A DNA stretch of 64,000 bases from a virus (taxonomy: Duplodnaviria > Caudoviricetes), in IMG/VR virus record IMGVR_UViG_3300031867_000001, positions 32,001 through 96,000 of that record. One strand, given 5' to 3'. Each line of letters begins with the position of its first letter. Within the stretch, counting starts at the first letter, position 1. A program made the position numbers and the translations under genes. The notes under the pieces are model-generated. The model did no database searches and had not been told where the DNA came from. It saw only the letters and a list, made by a program, of their open reading frames with translations. Below, piece after piece: positions 1 through 8,483 of the stretch.

Positions 1-591
1 CGCAGCAGATATGGAGAACAGTTTGGATTCATCAATGTATTCAAACTCATTCTTGCATACAGAAAGCATGTTAACCCCAAGGTTAATGTGTTCACTGTAC
101 AGACTGCTGGATACGGTGATGCGGTCGTTCCGATGATGACTTACAGATGTGCCATTCTTACTGGTTGGACTGGTAAGGAAGTTCAGTTCGCCGCTGAATA
201 CATTAAGCAGTGGGATGAGATCGAAGCTAAGCGTGAGTCTCAGAAGAAGAAGATTGATGATGCATCCATTCTCAATCAAATTACTAAGGAAGATGTAATT
301 GAAGCAACTGAAGCTTATGAGCATAATCAGAAAGTTATGACTGATATTGCAAAGACGATCTTTTCTGATAAGCAATATCCTGATGCAGATGATAAAGAGC
401 TTCTTAAACAATTCGACGAGCAGATTAATGGTAAACCGAAGCTTGTTGATGAATCCAAGCAAGAAGCATTCGATAAGTTGACAAAGGACATGTCACCAAT
501 CGGTATTATCGCTTTGAAGTCACTGTTGAATGCGTATGCAAAGATGGATGATGACGAGCGTAAGAAGTTCTTTGAAGATATCAGCGAGTAA
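1..591 (+). CDS. 3' end of probable TROVE/Ro60 (Rsr)-like RNA-binding protein (vWA C-terminus), truncated by window start
   Basis: Frame 1 is open from base 1: RSRYGEQFGFINVFKLILAYRKHVNPKVNVFTVQTAGYG...AILTGWTGKE, which resembles the YR..VNP...GYG...GW tail of bacterial TROVE proteins (recognised from memory). Confidence 0.6.
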   Translation, partial: RSRYGEQFGFINVFKLILAYRKHVNPKVNVFTVQTAGYGDAVVPMMTYRCAILTGWTGKEVQFAAEYIKQWDEIEAKRESQKKKIDDASILNQITKEDVIEATEAYEHNQKVMTDIAKTIFSDKQYPDADDKELLKQFDEQINGKPKLVDESKQEAFDKLTKDMSPIGIIALKSLLNAYAKMDDDERKKFFEDISE

Positions 592-605
592 ATAACATGT
601 ATAAG

Positions 606-641
606 TTACCCGGGCGGAAAGCCCGGGTAATGTTATTTTTT
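606..641 (+). terminator. Rho-independent terminator
   Basis: TTACCCGGGC-GGAAA-GCCCGGGTAA hairpin followed by T-rich tract. Confidence 0.8.
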
Positions 642-646
642 ATATT

Positions 647-661
647 TATATAATTTAAATG
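647..661 (+). promoter_or_regulatory. Candidate phage promoter motif (variant TATATAATTTAAATG)
   Basis: 2 mismatches to the TATATAATTAATATG motif recurring at 9617, 14733, 31722 and 44958. Confidence 0.45.
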
Positions 662-663
662 AG

Positions 664-826
664 ATCCAATCAGAATACTGATGAAATTGACGGATTGGAA
701 ATATCCGTATAAAGGAGGTGATAATCCATGGGTGAAATTATCACCGGAGAGGAAATCTTTCTCGGTTAATTTTTGATTAAAACTCATCCATATATAAACC
801 AACGTATCACAGTGTTCTGATTGGAT
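664..826 (+). other. End-paired micropeptide cassette 1
   Basis: ATCCAATCAGAATACTG (664-680) pairs with CAGTGTTCTGATTGGAT (810-826); internal ACGGATTGGAAATATCCGT hairpin, then AAAGGAGG RBS and a 13-aa ORF. Confidence 0.65.
728..769 (+). CDS. Micropeptide MGEIITGEEIFLG
   Basis: Strong RBS AAAGGAGGTG; similar to the three other cassette peptides. Confidence 0.55.
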   Translation: MGEIITGEEIFLG

Positions 827-857
827 TAATCATTAGTCATATAAGGAGGAAAAAGAT

Positions 858-1076
858 ATGAAGTATCGAGTTCGAAAGAAAAGAATGAATCGAAAGTCTC
901 GTCATGTGTTAAAATTTATTCGCATGAGACTCAACGATCCATGGACCATGGCGAATGAGCTGAAGTATTATATTCGATTTGCAAACTTTCCCACAAAGAC
1001 GAACGATACGTTGTGGACTGCATATTTGCGATTAAAGCGGATTCACCCCCGCCAAATCGATATTACCAAAATATGA
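858..1076 (+). CDS. Small basic hypothetical protein (MxxRxxKK family)
   Basis: RBS AAGGAGG; shares TNDTxWTxxLRLKRxHxRQ with 1430-1672. Confidence 0.7.
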   Translation: MKYRVRKKRMNRKSRHVLKFIRMRLNDPWTMANELKYYIRFANFPTKTNDTLWTAYLRLKRIHPRQIDITKI

Positions 1077-1102
1077 GTAAACATTTTAAGGAGGAAAAAG
1101 AA

Positions 1103-1414
1103 ATGAAAAAGGTTGAAAGACTCGAAGTATTGAAGGAACTTGTTGGTATGTTAACCGGTGAAGAGTTTCATGAAGATGGTTCTTTGAAACTCATCAACAA
1201 TCCCGTCATCAAGCGTATCCAGTCAAATGCACGAATCGTGTATATGACGGATACTGGTAGAGTATCCAGTTTCTACAAACTCGGCATGGTCGATCATTTT
1301 CCGATCATTGGATTTGAAGTGATTGAACATGACGAGTTCCATCGTGTTCTATATGCTGTACTTCATGTGAATGTCAACGGCAAAGATTGTCAGATCCCGA
1401 TTGTTGATATGTGA
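1103..1414 (+). CDS. Hypothetical protein
   Basis: RBS AAGGAGG before ATG at 1103. Confidence 0.7.
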   Translation: MKKVERLEVLKELVGMLTGEEFHEDGSLKLINNPVIKRIQSNARIVYMTDTGRVSSFYKLGMVDHFPIIGFEVIEHDEFHRVLYAVLHVNVNGKDCQIPIVDM

Positions 1415-1429
1415 GAGGAGAAATGACAT

Positions 1430-1672
1430 ATGAATTGGAGAATGAAGAAGAAGCGTAGAATAAGATTTTCTATGTTAATGCTTCATAAATTCCATCCACG
1501 TCGACGCTTGGTGGTTCCGATTACAACGAATGATACGCGTTGGACGTCGTGTTTGCGATTAAAGCGAGTTCATCATCGTCAACTTGAACGTCAATTTGAT
1601 CGTAATGTGACAATTGAAAAAAGATATGGAAATAAAGGAATATTACTGGTGATAAGAGGGGATGAAAAATGA
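1430..1672 (+). CDS. Small basic hypothetical protein (MxxRxxKK family)
   Basis: RBS AGGAG; paralogue of 858-1076. Confidence 0.7.
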   Translation: MNWRMKKKRRIRFSMLMLHKFHPRRRLVVPITTNDTRWTSCLRLKRVHHRQLERQFDRNVTIEKRYGNKGILLVIRGDEK

Positions 1673-1962
1673 ATCATCGTATCAAGAAAAAGAGATCATG
1701 TTTGCATGGTAACATGTATCGATTTAAGAATTATCATGCAAGAAGAGTGGTCGTTCGTTATGAACGACCCTTCGTCAAACAAGTTGTACTCGCACAATCA
1801 GCATGGCTGTTCCAGTTTCCAACAAAGTGGATTCTACACAAATATCCATTTGGAGAAGGGTATATCCATGTGTATGCTGACTGTCTGAAAAAGCGTATGC
1901 CGATTGCGGAAGCAATCGGTAGATACCATGAAAAAATGAGAAAGGGTGATAACAATGTATGA
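1669..1962 (+). CDS. Small basic hypothetical protein (MNHRIKKKR start)
   Basis: ATGA overlap with upstream stop. Confidence 0.65.
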   Translation: MNHRIKKKRSCLHGNMYRFKNYHARRVVVRYERPFVKQVVLAQSAWLFQFPTKWILHKYPFGEGYIHVYADCLKKRMPIAEAIGRYHEKMRKGDNNV

Positions 1963-2374
1963 TGTATTGACAAAACATAGATACTACATTGTCAAGTATC
2001 GGAAGGGTCTGATTATGTACACTGATCCTGTTAAGATTGAACTCTCATTGATTGATCTTTCAAAGCTTGACGATGAAGTATATAAAACGGAAGTTGAAAA
2101 AGTATACAATCTGAGTGATTTCGAGAAAGAACTTCTCAAGAAGCTCAAACCTCTTGAGACTCAGACCGGTGGTGGAGCTGTGTGGTCCAAAGGTATTATG
2201 TTGATCAATCCCGATGAGCAGAACATCATTGACGAGCTCAAGAAGTATTCGTTCCACGAGATGATCGCAATCGATACAAATTGTTGGCATGCTAAATTTC
2301 TTAAGATTGTTGATGATTCGAATAATGAAATTAAATCATTAACATTAAAAGAGATCTCTGTTCTGTTCGGATAA
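1955..2374 (+). CDS. Hypothetical protein
   Basis: ORF coupled to upstream gene. Confidence 0.65.
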   Translation: MYDVLTKHRYYIVKYRKGLIMYTDPVKIELSLIDLSKLDDEVYKTEVEKVYNLSDFEKELLKKLKPLETQTGGGAVWSKGIMLINPDEQNIIDELKKYSFHEMIAIDTNCWHAKFLKIVDDSNNEIKSLTLKEISVLFG

Positions 2375-2388
2375 AAGGAGTAGATATT

Positions 2389-2856
2389 ATGAAAAAGGAA
2401 ATTGTTTCAAAAAATAAAAATAAAGTGTTTCATGAATCTAAAACTGGATTAAGAACATTTTGTTTATTCGAATTGCTAACTTCACATTGTGAAGATCATG
2501 ATACGACACTTACAAAATTACTGGAATATTACTCAGATGATGTATATCTGGATGATGAGATTCTTAAAGTTACAATTCCAAAAGTTGTTAGACCATGGGA
2601 TGATGTAATTAAACGGCAATTGAATGATCTGTTTAAACACAGAGATGAAGCCGTGTATAAAGCACTTATAATAGAGCTTGAATCAAAAGATAATATTAAT
2701 AGATGCAGACGGCTCGATCTTCAATTTGTTGGCGTCTATGATCTTGGTGATAAGATAGAAGTGTTATTCAAACCTCAATCAATCATTTTCAATGATGCTG
2801 TTTTGTTGTGCTGTTATCGGTACATACGATTGTACAATAAATATTATGGTGAGTAG
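2389..2856 (+). CDS. Hypothetical protein
   Basis: RBS AAAGGAG, 155 aa. Confidence 0.7.
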   Translation: MKKEIVSKNKNKVFHESKTGLRTFCLFELLTSHCEDHDTTLTKLLEYYSDDVYLDDEILKVTIPKVVRPWDDVIKRQLNDLFKHRDEAVYKALIIELESKDNINRCRRLDLQFVGVYDLGDKIEVLFKPQSIIFNDAVLLCCYRYIRLYNKYYGE

Positions 2857-2908
2857 GAAGGAGTAGATATCATGCATAAAGAATATATCGATAAGGAGGA
2901 ATAAAGAA

Positions 2909-3217
2909 ATGAATAAGCGAATCAAAAAGAAGAAACAGAAGTTAGCAGCAATGCACGCTTCTAAATGGAAGGATATAAAGCTCGTTAAAAAGCGGGCTCA
3001 CGCGACCCGTATTGAAGTTCAGCATGGTTCATGGGGGATGTTCCCCGATAAAGATAACTATGCAAGGTATCTTCGGAAAAAGCGTTGTTGTGATAAAAAC
3101 GAAGCCAAAATCGAACAACACTTCTTATTTGGAGAGATCTTGTTGATTGCAGCAGCAAACGAACGCAAAAAGGTGAAGAAGAAGTTGTTTGCGAAAGAAG
3201 GTAATTATAATGGCTAA
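2909..3217 (+). CDS. Small basic hypothetical protein (MNKRIKKKK start)
   Basis: RBS AAGGAGG. Confidence 0.7.
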   Translation: MNKRIKKKKQKLAAMHASKWKDIKLVKKRAHATRIEVQHGSWGMFPDKDNYARYLRKKRCCDKNEAKIEQHFLFGEILLIAAANERKKVKKKLFAKEGNYNG

Positions 3218-3797
3218 AGAAAAGCATCAACAGCTATCAAGATTTTTATGCTACATCCTGAGACACAAACCTGGTGATCTCCATCTGGTGATGGATCACG
3301 AGGGCTTTGTCAATGTTCAGCAACTCATCAAGAATGTCAACGAGTATACATCGTATGAAATCAATGAAGACATTCTTCGGGAGATTGTTGATACAGATAG
3401 CAAAGGTCGGTATGAATATACAGGTGATGAAATCAGATGTGTTCAGGGGCATTCAATTCCATGGGTCGATCCGAAACCCACAATCAAAGAACCACCGACG
3501 TATCTGTTTCATGGAACGACGATGGAAGCTTTTGAACTCATCAAGAACGATGGTGAAATCAAGAAGATGAAACGCCATGCAGTTCATATGCAAGCTGATG
3601 TTTTAAAAGCAGCACAATCGGCAGAAAGATGGTCTTCATCTGAACCGGTTGTTCTCGTCATTAATGCACATGCAATGCATAATGACGGATATGAATTTGG
3701 TGTAACAAGAAATAATGTTTGGTTGACAGATCATGTACCAACAAAATACATTTGCTGGTACATCGTCAATGAAAAATCGGAGGAGGTGCGGTTGTGA
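3210..3797 (+). CDS. kptA: RNA 2'-phosphotransferase (Tpt1/KptA family)
   Basis: LSRFLCYILRH.P, RCVQGHS, YLFHGT, RHAVH, VWLTDHVP motifs. Confidence 0.93.
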   Translation: MAKEKHQQLSRFLCYILRHKPGDLHLVMDHEGFVNVQQLIKNVNEYTSYEINEDILREIVDTDSKGRYEYTGDEIRCVQGHSIPWVDPKPTIKEPPTYLFHGTTMEAFELIKNDGEIKKMKRHAVHMQADVLKAAQSAERWSSSEPVVLVINAHAMHNDGYEFGVTRNNVWLTDHVPTKYICWYIVNEKSEEVRL

Positions 3798-4294
3798 TTG
3801 ATGATCTGGAGCTTAGAAGAGGTCCCGAATGGAATCATCGAGAGCAGGTTACTGAGGATACCTCAAGACTTGATGTGATAAGAAAAGCCGTTCATTATTG
3901 GTATGAGCAACTGTTCGCACATGTCAACGGATGGGATATGAAAATCTATCAGAGTGATGCCGGTGAAGACGTTTTCACCGGCGTGTATGCTTATAGGCTC
4001 AATGTTCATCTCAGAGGCATTATGACAGATGAGACATACACGGTCATCGATGATGATACCGACGAAGAGATCTGTTTCGGCATCGATAGCATTGACCATC
4101 TGAGATATGCTCGATTAGCCGCCATTCCCAAACTTGGTGAAAAGACAAGACACGTTCCAGATTTTGAATCAGAGATGATTGATGATCTTTATACGGAATT
4201 CGCTGATGGCATCACAGAGCCGGATTACGACGTGTATGAAAAATATTGGAAACTTCTTCCTGACGGAACGTATGAATTTATTGGAGGAGATTAA
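3794..4294 (+). CDS. Acidic hypothetical protein
   Basis: GTG start overlapping kptA stop, RBS GGAGG. Confidence 0.7.
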   Translation: MIDDLELRRGPEWNHREQVTEDTSRLDVIRKAVHYWYEQLFAHVNGWDMKIYQSDAGEDVFTGVYAYRLNVHLRGIMTDETYTVIDDDTDEEICFGIDSIDHLRYARLAAIPKLGEKTRHVPDFESEMIDDLYTEFADGITEPDYDVYEKYWKLLPDGTYEFIGGD

Positions 4295-4296
4295 AA

Positions 4297-5268
4297 ATGC
4301 TGAGAGTTGAGTTTTCAAAGAACAACCTGACACAGTTTCAATCTAACTTGAGCCAGATTCTCAATTTGATGAATCCTGCATCGGTTAAGATTGGAACTCA
4401 TCTTGATACCTATGCGGCAAAAGTGACCCTCGAACACAAGGGTCGCTATGATGAAACTTCCATGAAAATACTTAGCAAAGGTGCTCGTCTCGGAGAGGCA
4501 TTTTGTCCAACATGTGATGTGTTCGCATATGATCTTGATGAGAATGGTGATCCCGACAACTGTTATATGTTCAAGAAGCCAACTGCATATGACTGCAGTG
4601 CATATCCCGATCGAATCACTGTTGAGATTGAATTTGGTGAACTTTATTCTGGACCAAATATCGATGAAAAATGTAAAGAGGCTGAAAAACTGAGATACTG
4701 GTCAACGGTAATGCGTAAACTCATGAAAGAGGACCTTGATAAGAAATTTAATGATAAGGGGGATGATAATGTGTCAGCTGAATTAAATCGTATATCAAAA
4801 CATGAATATTATTTGAAGATCGCCGAAGCTGTATCTCTGAGAGGAACCTGCTTGAGACGTAAATTCGGTGCGATTATCGTTAAAGATGATCGTATCGTAT
4901 CAACCGGATATGTTGGTGCTCCCCGTGGAAGAATCAACTGTTGTGATCGTGGGAAGTGTTATCGTATGGAGCATAATGTTCCCAGTGGTCAACGCTATGA
5001 ACTTTGTAGAAGTACACATGCCGAGATGAATGCAGTCATTCAAGCGTCACCGGAAGAAATGAAATTTGCAACACTGTATCTTGTAGGAATCGAAAATGAC
5101 GGTTCTTACACAAATGCAGACTGCTGTTCGATGTGTAAGCGGGTAATCATTAATTCTGGTATTAACACTGTGATTGCACGTCAAGCTGATGGAAGCTTCA
5201 AAAAGATTCATGTAAATGAATGGATCAATGATGATGATTCATTAGATATCGACCATAAGGGATATTAA
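4297..5268 (+). CDS. dCMP deaminase (C-terminal ~165 aa) with unknown N-terminal region
   Basis: RGTCLRRKFGAIIV, HAEMNA and CCSMCKR zinc-deaminase motifs; possible internal GTG start at 4771. Confidence 0.85.
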   Translation: MLRVEFSKNNLTQFQSNLSQILNLMNPASVKIGTHLDTYAAKVTLEHKGRYDETSMKILSKGARLGEAFCPTCDVFAYDLDENGDPDNCYMFKKPTAYDCSAYPDRITVEIEFGELYSGPNIDEKCKEAEKLRYWSTVMRKLMKEDLDKKFNDKGDDNVSAELNRISKHEYYLKIAEAVSLRGTCLRRKFGAIIVKDDRIVSTGYVGAPRGRINCCDRGKCYRMEHNVPSGQRYELCRSTHAEMNAVIQASPEEMKFATLYLVGIENDGSYTNADCCSMCKRVIINSGINTVIARQADGSFKKIHVNEWINDDDSLDIDHKGY

Positions 5269-5270
5269 TT

Positions 5271-5504
5271 ATGTTTGACCCTAAATTCATTAGATATACG
5301 CCAAGGTTTCTTGGTGTGTTGAATTCAATTGACCAATTGCCAAAAGAAGCATCTAATGGAGACATGTACATTGTAGAGGAACAAACCAAAGTCAATGTAG
5401 ATGGGGAGATGATCGATGCTACGTTAAGTACCGCATACGTCCGTTCATCGGACGTATGGATGGTATCTCAAACAGAAACAATTTATGAGGAGGAAAAGAA
5501 ATGA
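5271..5504 (+). CDS. Hypothetical protein
   Basis: ORF within operon. Confidence 0.6.
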   Translation: MFDPKFIRYTPRFLGVLNSIDQLPKEASNGDMYIVEEQTKVNVDGEMIDATLSTAYVRSSDVWMVSQTETIYEEEKK

Positions 5505-6133
5505 AAACGATTGATTTGTTTGTAACGAAAGATGAGAAACTTGTGATGAAAATTCCGAAAGAATTTTCAAAATACACCGGGTTGGCAAAACTGAGAACGC
5601 CTTATATGACGCTCACTTCTTATAATGAGAATGGGGAATATAGCGGGTTTGATATTGCGCTTGTGGATATCAATCTTGAAGAAGGTTATGCTAAGTTCAT
5701 GGCTGGTACCAGCATTGCCAATCCACAAACTTTTACAATCAAATCTGCAGATGATCCAATCGTTATATTTGATGAGCATGACCCCGGTGTTGAGTATCAT
5801 ATCTTTGAAAAGACAGTTCAGTATGAGATCAATCAAGAGATCAAGGAAGGTTCATTATACAAGTTCCAGAATGCGTTTACAAATGAATGGTTCTTGGCAG
5901 TTGTTCAGAGTGTAGGATCATATCTTATTACTTTGAATAAACTTGACATAATAAGAAACAAAGATTACAATCCATCACTATATAGCTTGTGTCAAAATGA
6001 AGACATTTTCGGTATATGTGTATCTGATATGGTTTGTATTGAAAAATTTAAGAATTATGTCGTTACAGAACTCTTCGATCTAACTACGGCATTCGATGAT
6101 AATGACGAAGATGATATTGAGGAGGAAAAATAA
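5501..6133 (+). CDS. Hypothetical protein
   Basis: RBS GAGGAGG, 210 aa. Confidence 0.7.
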   Translation: MKTIDLFVTKDEKLVMKIPKEFSKYTGLAKLRTPYMTLTSYNENGEYSGFDIALVDINLEEGYAKFMAGTSIANPQTFTIKSADDPIVIFDEHDPGVEYHIFEKTVQYEINQEIKEGSLYKFQNAFTNEWFLAVVQSVGSYLITLNKLDIIRNKDYNPSLYSLCQNEDIFGICVSDMVCIEKFKNYVVTELFDLTTAFDDNDEDDIEEEK

Positions 6134-6134
6134 A

Positions 6135-6377
6135 ATGAAAAAGAAAGGTTTCACATTGATTGAACTGGTTGTTGTATTGGTAATCATCGGTGTGTTAGCA
6201 CTGATCGTTGTAGCAGCGGTAATGGGATATAGTGAGTACCGTTATTCAGTAACGGATCAGAACGGCACAATATACTATACTGACAGTGTTGAGTATGATG
6301 GTAACAGAGTCATATTCGTTGACCAACATGGTCATTCTCACACACTGACATCTTACTCAATTGAAGAGATCGGATAA
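6135..6377 (+). CDS. Prepilin-type N-terminal cleavage/methylation motif protein (small type IV pilin-like)
   Basis: MKKKG|FTLIELVVVLVIIGVLALIVV class III signal peptide with E+5. Confidence 0.85.
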   Translation: MKKKGFTLIELVVVLVIIGVLALIVVAAVMGYSEYRYSVTDQNGTIYYTDSVEYDGNRVIFVDQHGHSHTLTSYSIEEIG

Positions 6378-6391
6378 GGAGGACCATCATT

Positions 6392-7252
6392 ATGAAATTT
6401 GATGTAAAGAAAGCCGAGGATTTGTTATATGAAGGGAAATGGCATATACAAGATCATGACACCAAATTCCAATTCTATGGTATTCTCAAATCCATTCATC
6501 CGGATGAATTGACATTCCATATCATGGATCGAACATTTGGCATTAGTCGCGGAACATACACATTTCCAGCCGGTTCACATTTTAATTTACACAAGCTGAG
6601 ATTGGATAAAGATAAAAAAGAATGGATATTTTCATCGGGACCTAACCATATCATTGATTGGAAGGATATCACAGAAATGGATGATGTTGATGATACTATT
6701 AAGGAGGAACAGAACATGTCAGAAGATATCAAGGAAGAAAAGAATGTAACCGAATGGTTGCCGTGTGTTGTATCAGAAGATAAATGGACGATAAACGAAC
6801 ACATCAAGAGAGGTGATCATATTTGTCGAATTTTCAATGATAAGATTGATATCAAAGCAAATATGATAATCAAAACTGCCGGATATTATGTGATCTCCGT
6901 GCATTTGATTGATCAAGGTATTGACATCTTAAACATTGAGATTGATGAAAAATTGAGAGTATGTGCGACTCATTCTCCAGATGATTCTGGAATACCAGTC
7001 AGCATCAATAGCAATAAATTTAATCCGGAATTACGTGTCGGGAAGTTGTATCATTTTACCAATTCCAATAAGAATATTCAATACATGATACATGTAAAAT
7101 CTATAACTGATAATGCTATGGAGGTCCATGTCATCAGTTCGGTTAAAGAATCCAACGGTACAAGTTCACTCACAGTAATCGGTAGATCATTTGACATTGC
7201 AGAACTTCTCGAATATAAATTCAAGGAAGTTAATAATGGAGGTGATCAATAA
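6392..7252 (+). CDS. Hypothetical protein
   Basis: RBS AAGGAGG, 286 aa. Confidence 0.7.
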   Translation: MKFDVKKAEDLLYEGKWHIQDHDTKFQFYGILKSIHPDELTFHIMDRTFGISRGTYTFPAGSHFNLHKLRLDKDKKEWIFSSGPNHIIDWKDITEMDDVDDTIKEEQNMSEDIKEEKNVTEWLPCVVSEDKWTINEHIKRGDHICRIFNDKIDIKANMIIKTAGYYVISVHLIDQGIDILNIEIDEKLRVCATHSPDDSGIPVSINSNKFNPELRVGKLYHFTNSNKNIQYMIHVKSITDNAMEVHVISSVKESNGTSSLTVIGRSFDIAELLEYKFKEVNNGGDQ

Positions 7253-7929
7253 TGAAAAGAGATTACACAATTGAAAATCTGGATCAGCAGCCAACATCTG
7301 ATATTTGTATCGGTGAGATATTCTTCAATAAAGATGACGGCAAATTATATACATGGCTTGAAACGTGGGACGAATTTGGGGTGAACCCAGCTGGTGGAAC
7401 ATACAACGCAGTATCACGTCGACTTCATGCACACAATATGACGCATATTCGTAAACGTGAAGCATTACAGTTTTTGGGTGAAGCTAATAGTAACGACCGG
7501 CTTAGTATGACATGGTCAGTTGAAAGATTCACAGAAATAAAGTGTTTCTTAAGACACATGATCAATGAATTCAACAGACGTCAAAATTGTGGCATTGAAT
7601 TGAACGATATCACATGGAGTGACAATGCTACAACAATTAAGATCGGATCGGTCAATATCGAAATGGCTGTCACTTTCATGGACAACAATAATGAATCCCA
7701 TTACAGCACACTTAATTTTGAACTGTTGATTTCTGGATACATGCAAATTGAATGTGTTGAAAATGACGTGTTGTTATTCCGAATTGCAGCAGACCCAATG
7801 TGTCGAATGTTTGATATCAAAGACAATCGTATTGATACTGTATATGAAACAAATAATGTTGAATCGGGTTTCAGTGGACATAAGTTCTACAATATGCTGT
7901 ATGATATGATTCAAGATTGGTTCGAATAA
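7252..7929 (+). CDS. Hypothetical protein
   Basis: RBS GGAGGTG, TAATG overlap. Confidence 0.7.
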   Translation: MKRDYTIENLDQQPTSDICIGEIFFNKDDGKLYTWLETWDEFGVNPAGGTYNAVSRRLHAHNMTHIRKREALQFLGEANSNDRLSMTWSVERFTEIKCFLRHMINEFNRRQNCGIELNDITWSDNATTIKIGSVNIEMAVTFMDNNNESHYSTLNFELLISGYMQIECVENDVLLFRIAADPMCRMFDIKDNRIDTVYETNNVESGFSGHKFYNMLYDMIQDWFE

Positions 7930-7954
7930 TTTATATTATTCTGACAAGGACTAA

Positions 7955-8090
7955 TGTGTATATGTGGAATGATGCGGCGAAACAGTTACATCGATTAATT
8001 TGTATTTAATTGCCATAAGCGGTTCATTTCTAAATGATCAAATGCTGTGGATAAAAACTGTTTCGAATAATTCTCATTCCACATTACACA
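7955..8090 (+). ncRNA. Conserved-stem tRNA-mimic RNA copy A (Thr TGT anticodon stem-loop)
   Basis: TGTGGAAT-GATGCGG-CGAAACAGTT-ACATC ... AACTGTTTCG-AATAATTCTC-ATTCCACA; insert CGATTAA-TTTGTAT-TTAATTG. Confidence 0.6.
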
Positions 8091-8099
8091 TATAAATAC

Positions 8100-8182
8100 A
8101 TTTCCGATGCAGTGATATCAGTTACTTCGTCAATCTGTTAAATTGAAATGAGTACTAAACTGATATAGATATTCTCGGAAAT
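8100..8182 (+). ncRNA. Conserved-stem tRNA-mimic RNA copy B (Asn GTT anticodon stem-loop only)
   Basis: ATTTCC-GATGCAG..ATATCAGTT-ACTTC [TCAAT-CTGTTAA-ATTGA AATGAGTA] AACTGATAT..ATTCTC-GGAAAT. Confidence 0.7.
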
Positions 8183-8197
8183 ATAACATATAAATAC

Positions 8198-8337
8198 ATT
8201 TAGCTGAAGCAGTCATTAACAGTTACTTCATACATATTTATGATTTTTAAGTTCGAATCTTAAGTTTGTAGCGTTTGTTTGCAATCTAAGTGGCTAAAGG
8301 AATGCCACATAACTGTTATGAATATCCTCAGCTAAAT
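8198..8337 (+). ncRNA. Conserved-stem RNA copy C with degenerate permuted tRNA-like domain (hairpin, T-arm, acceptor-like stem, D-like arm)
   Basis: ATTTAGCT-GAAGCAG..AACAGTT-ACTTC ... TTAAG-TTCGAAT-CTTAA T-arm ... GTGGC/GCCAC ... AACTGTT..ATCCTC-AGCTAAAT. Confidence 0.6.
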
Positions 8338-8341
8338 TTAT

Positions 8342-8475
8342 GGGGACGATAGCTCAGTTGGTAGAGCACGTAAATGTCACTGTTACAAAAATCCTCACCG
8401 GATAGGTGATGCAGAAGTTAACAGTTACTTCGCATATGGAGCGCGTTGTCGTTAGTTCAAATCTAACTCGTCCCC
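8342..8475 (+). tRNA. tRNA-His-like (anticodon ATG, G-1:C73) interrupted by a ~60-nt conserved element in the anticodon stem
   Basis: 8-bp acceptor GGGGACGA/TCGTCCCC, D-arm GCTC/GAGC, T-arm GTTAG-TTCAAAT-CTAAC; removing ~8371-8430 gives CGCGC-ATATGGA-GCGCG. Confidence 0.7.
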
Positions 8476-8483
8476 CTCATTTA

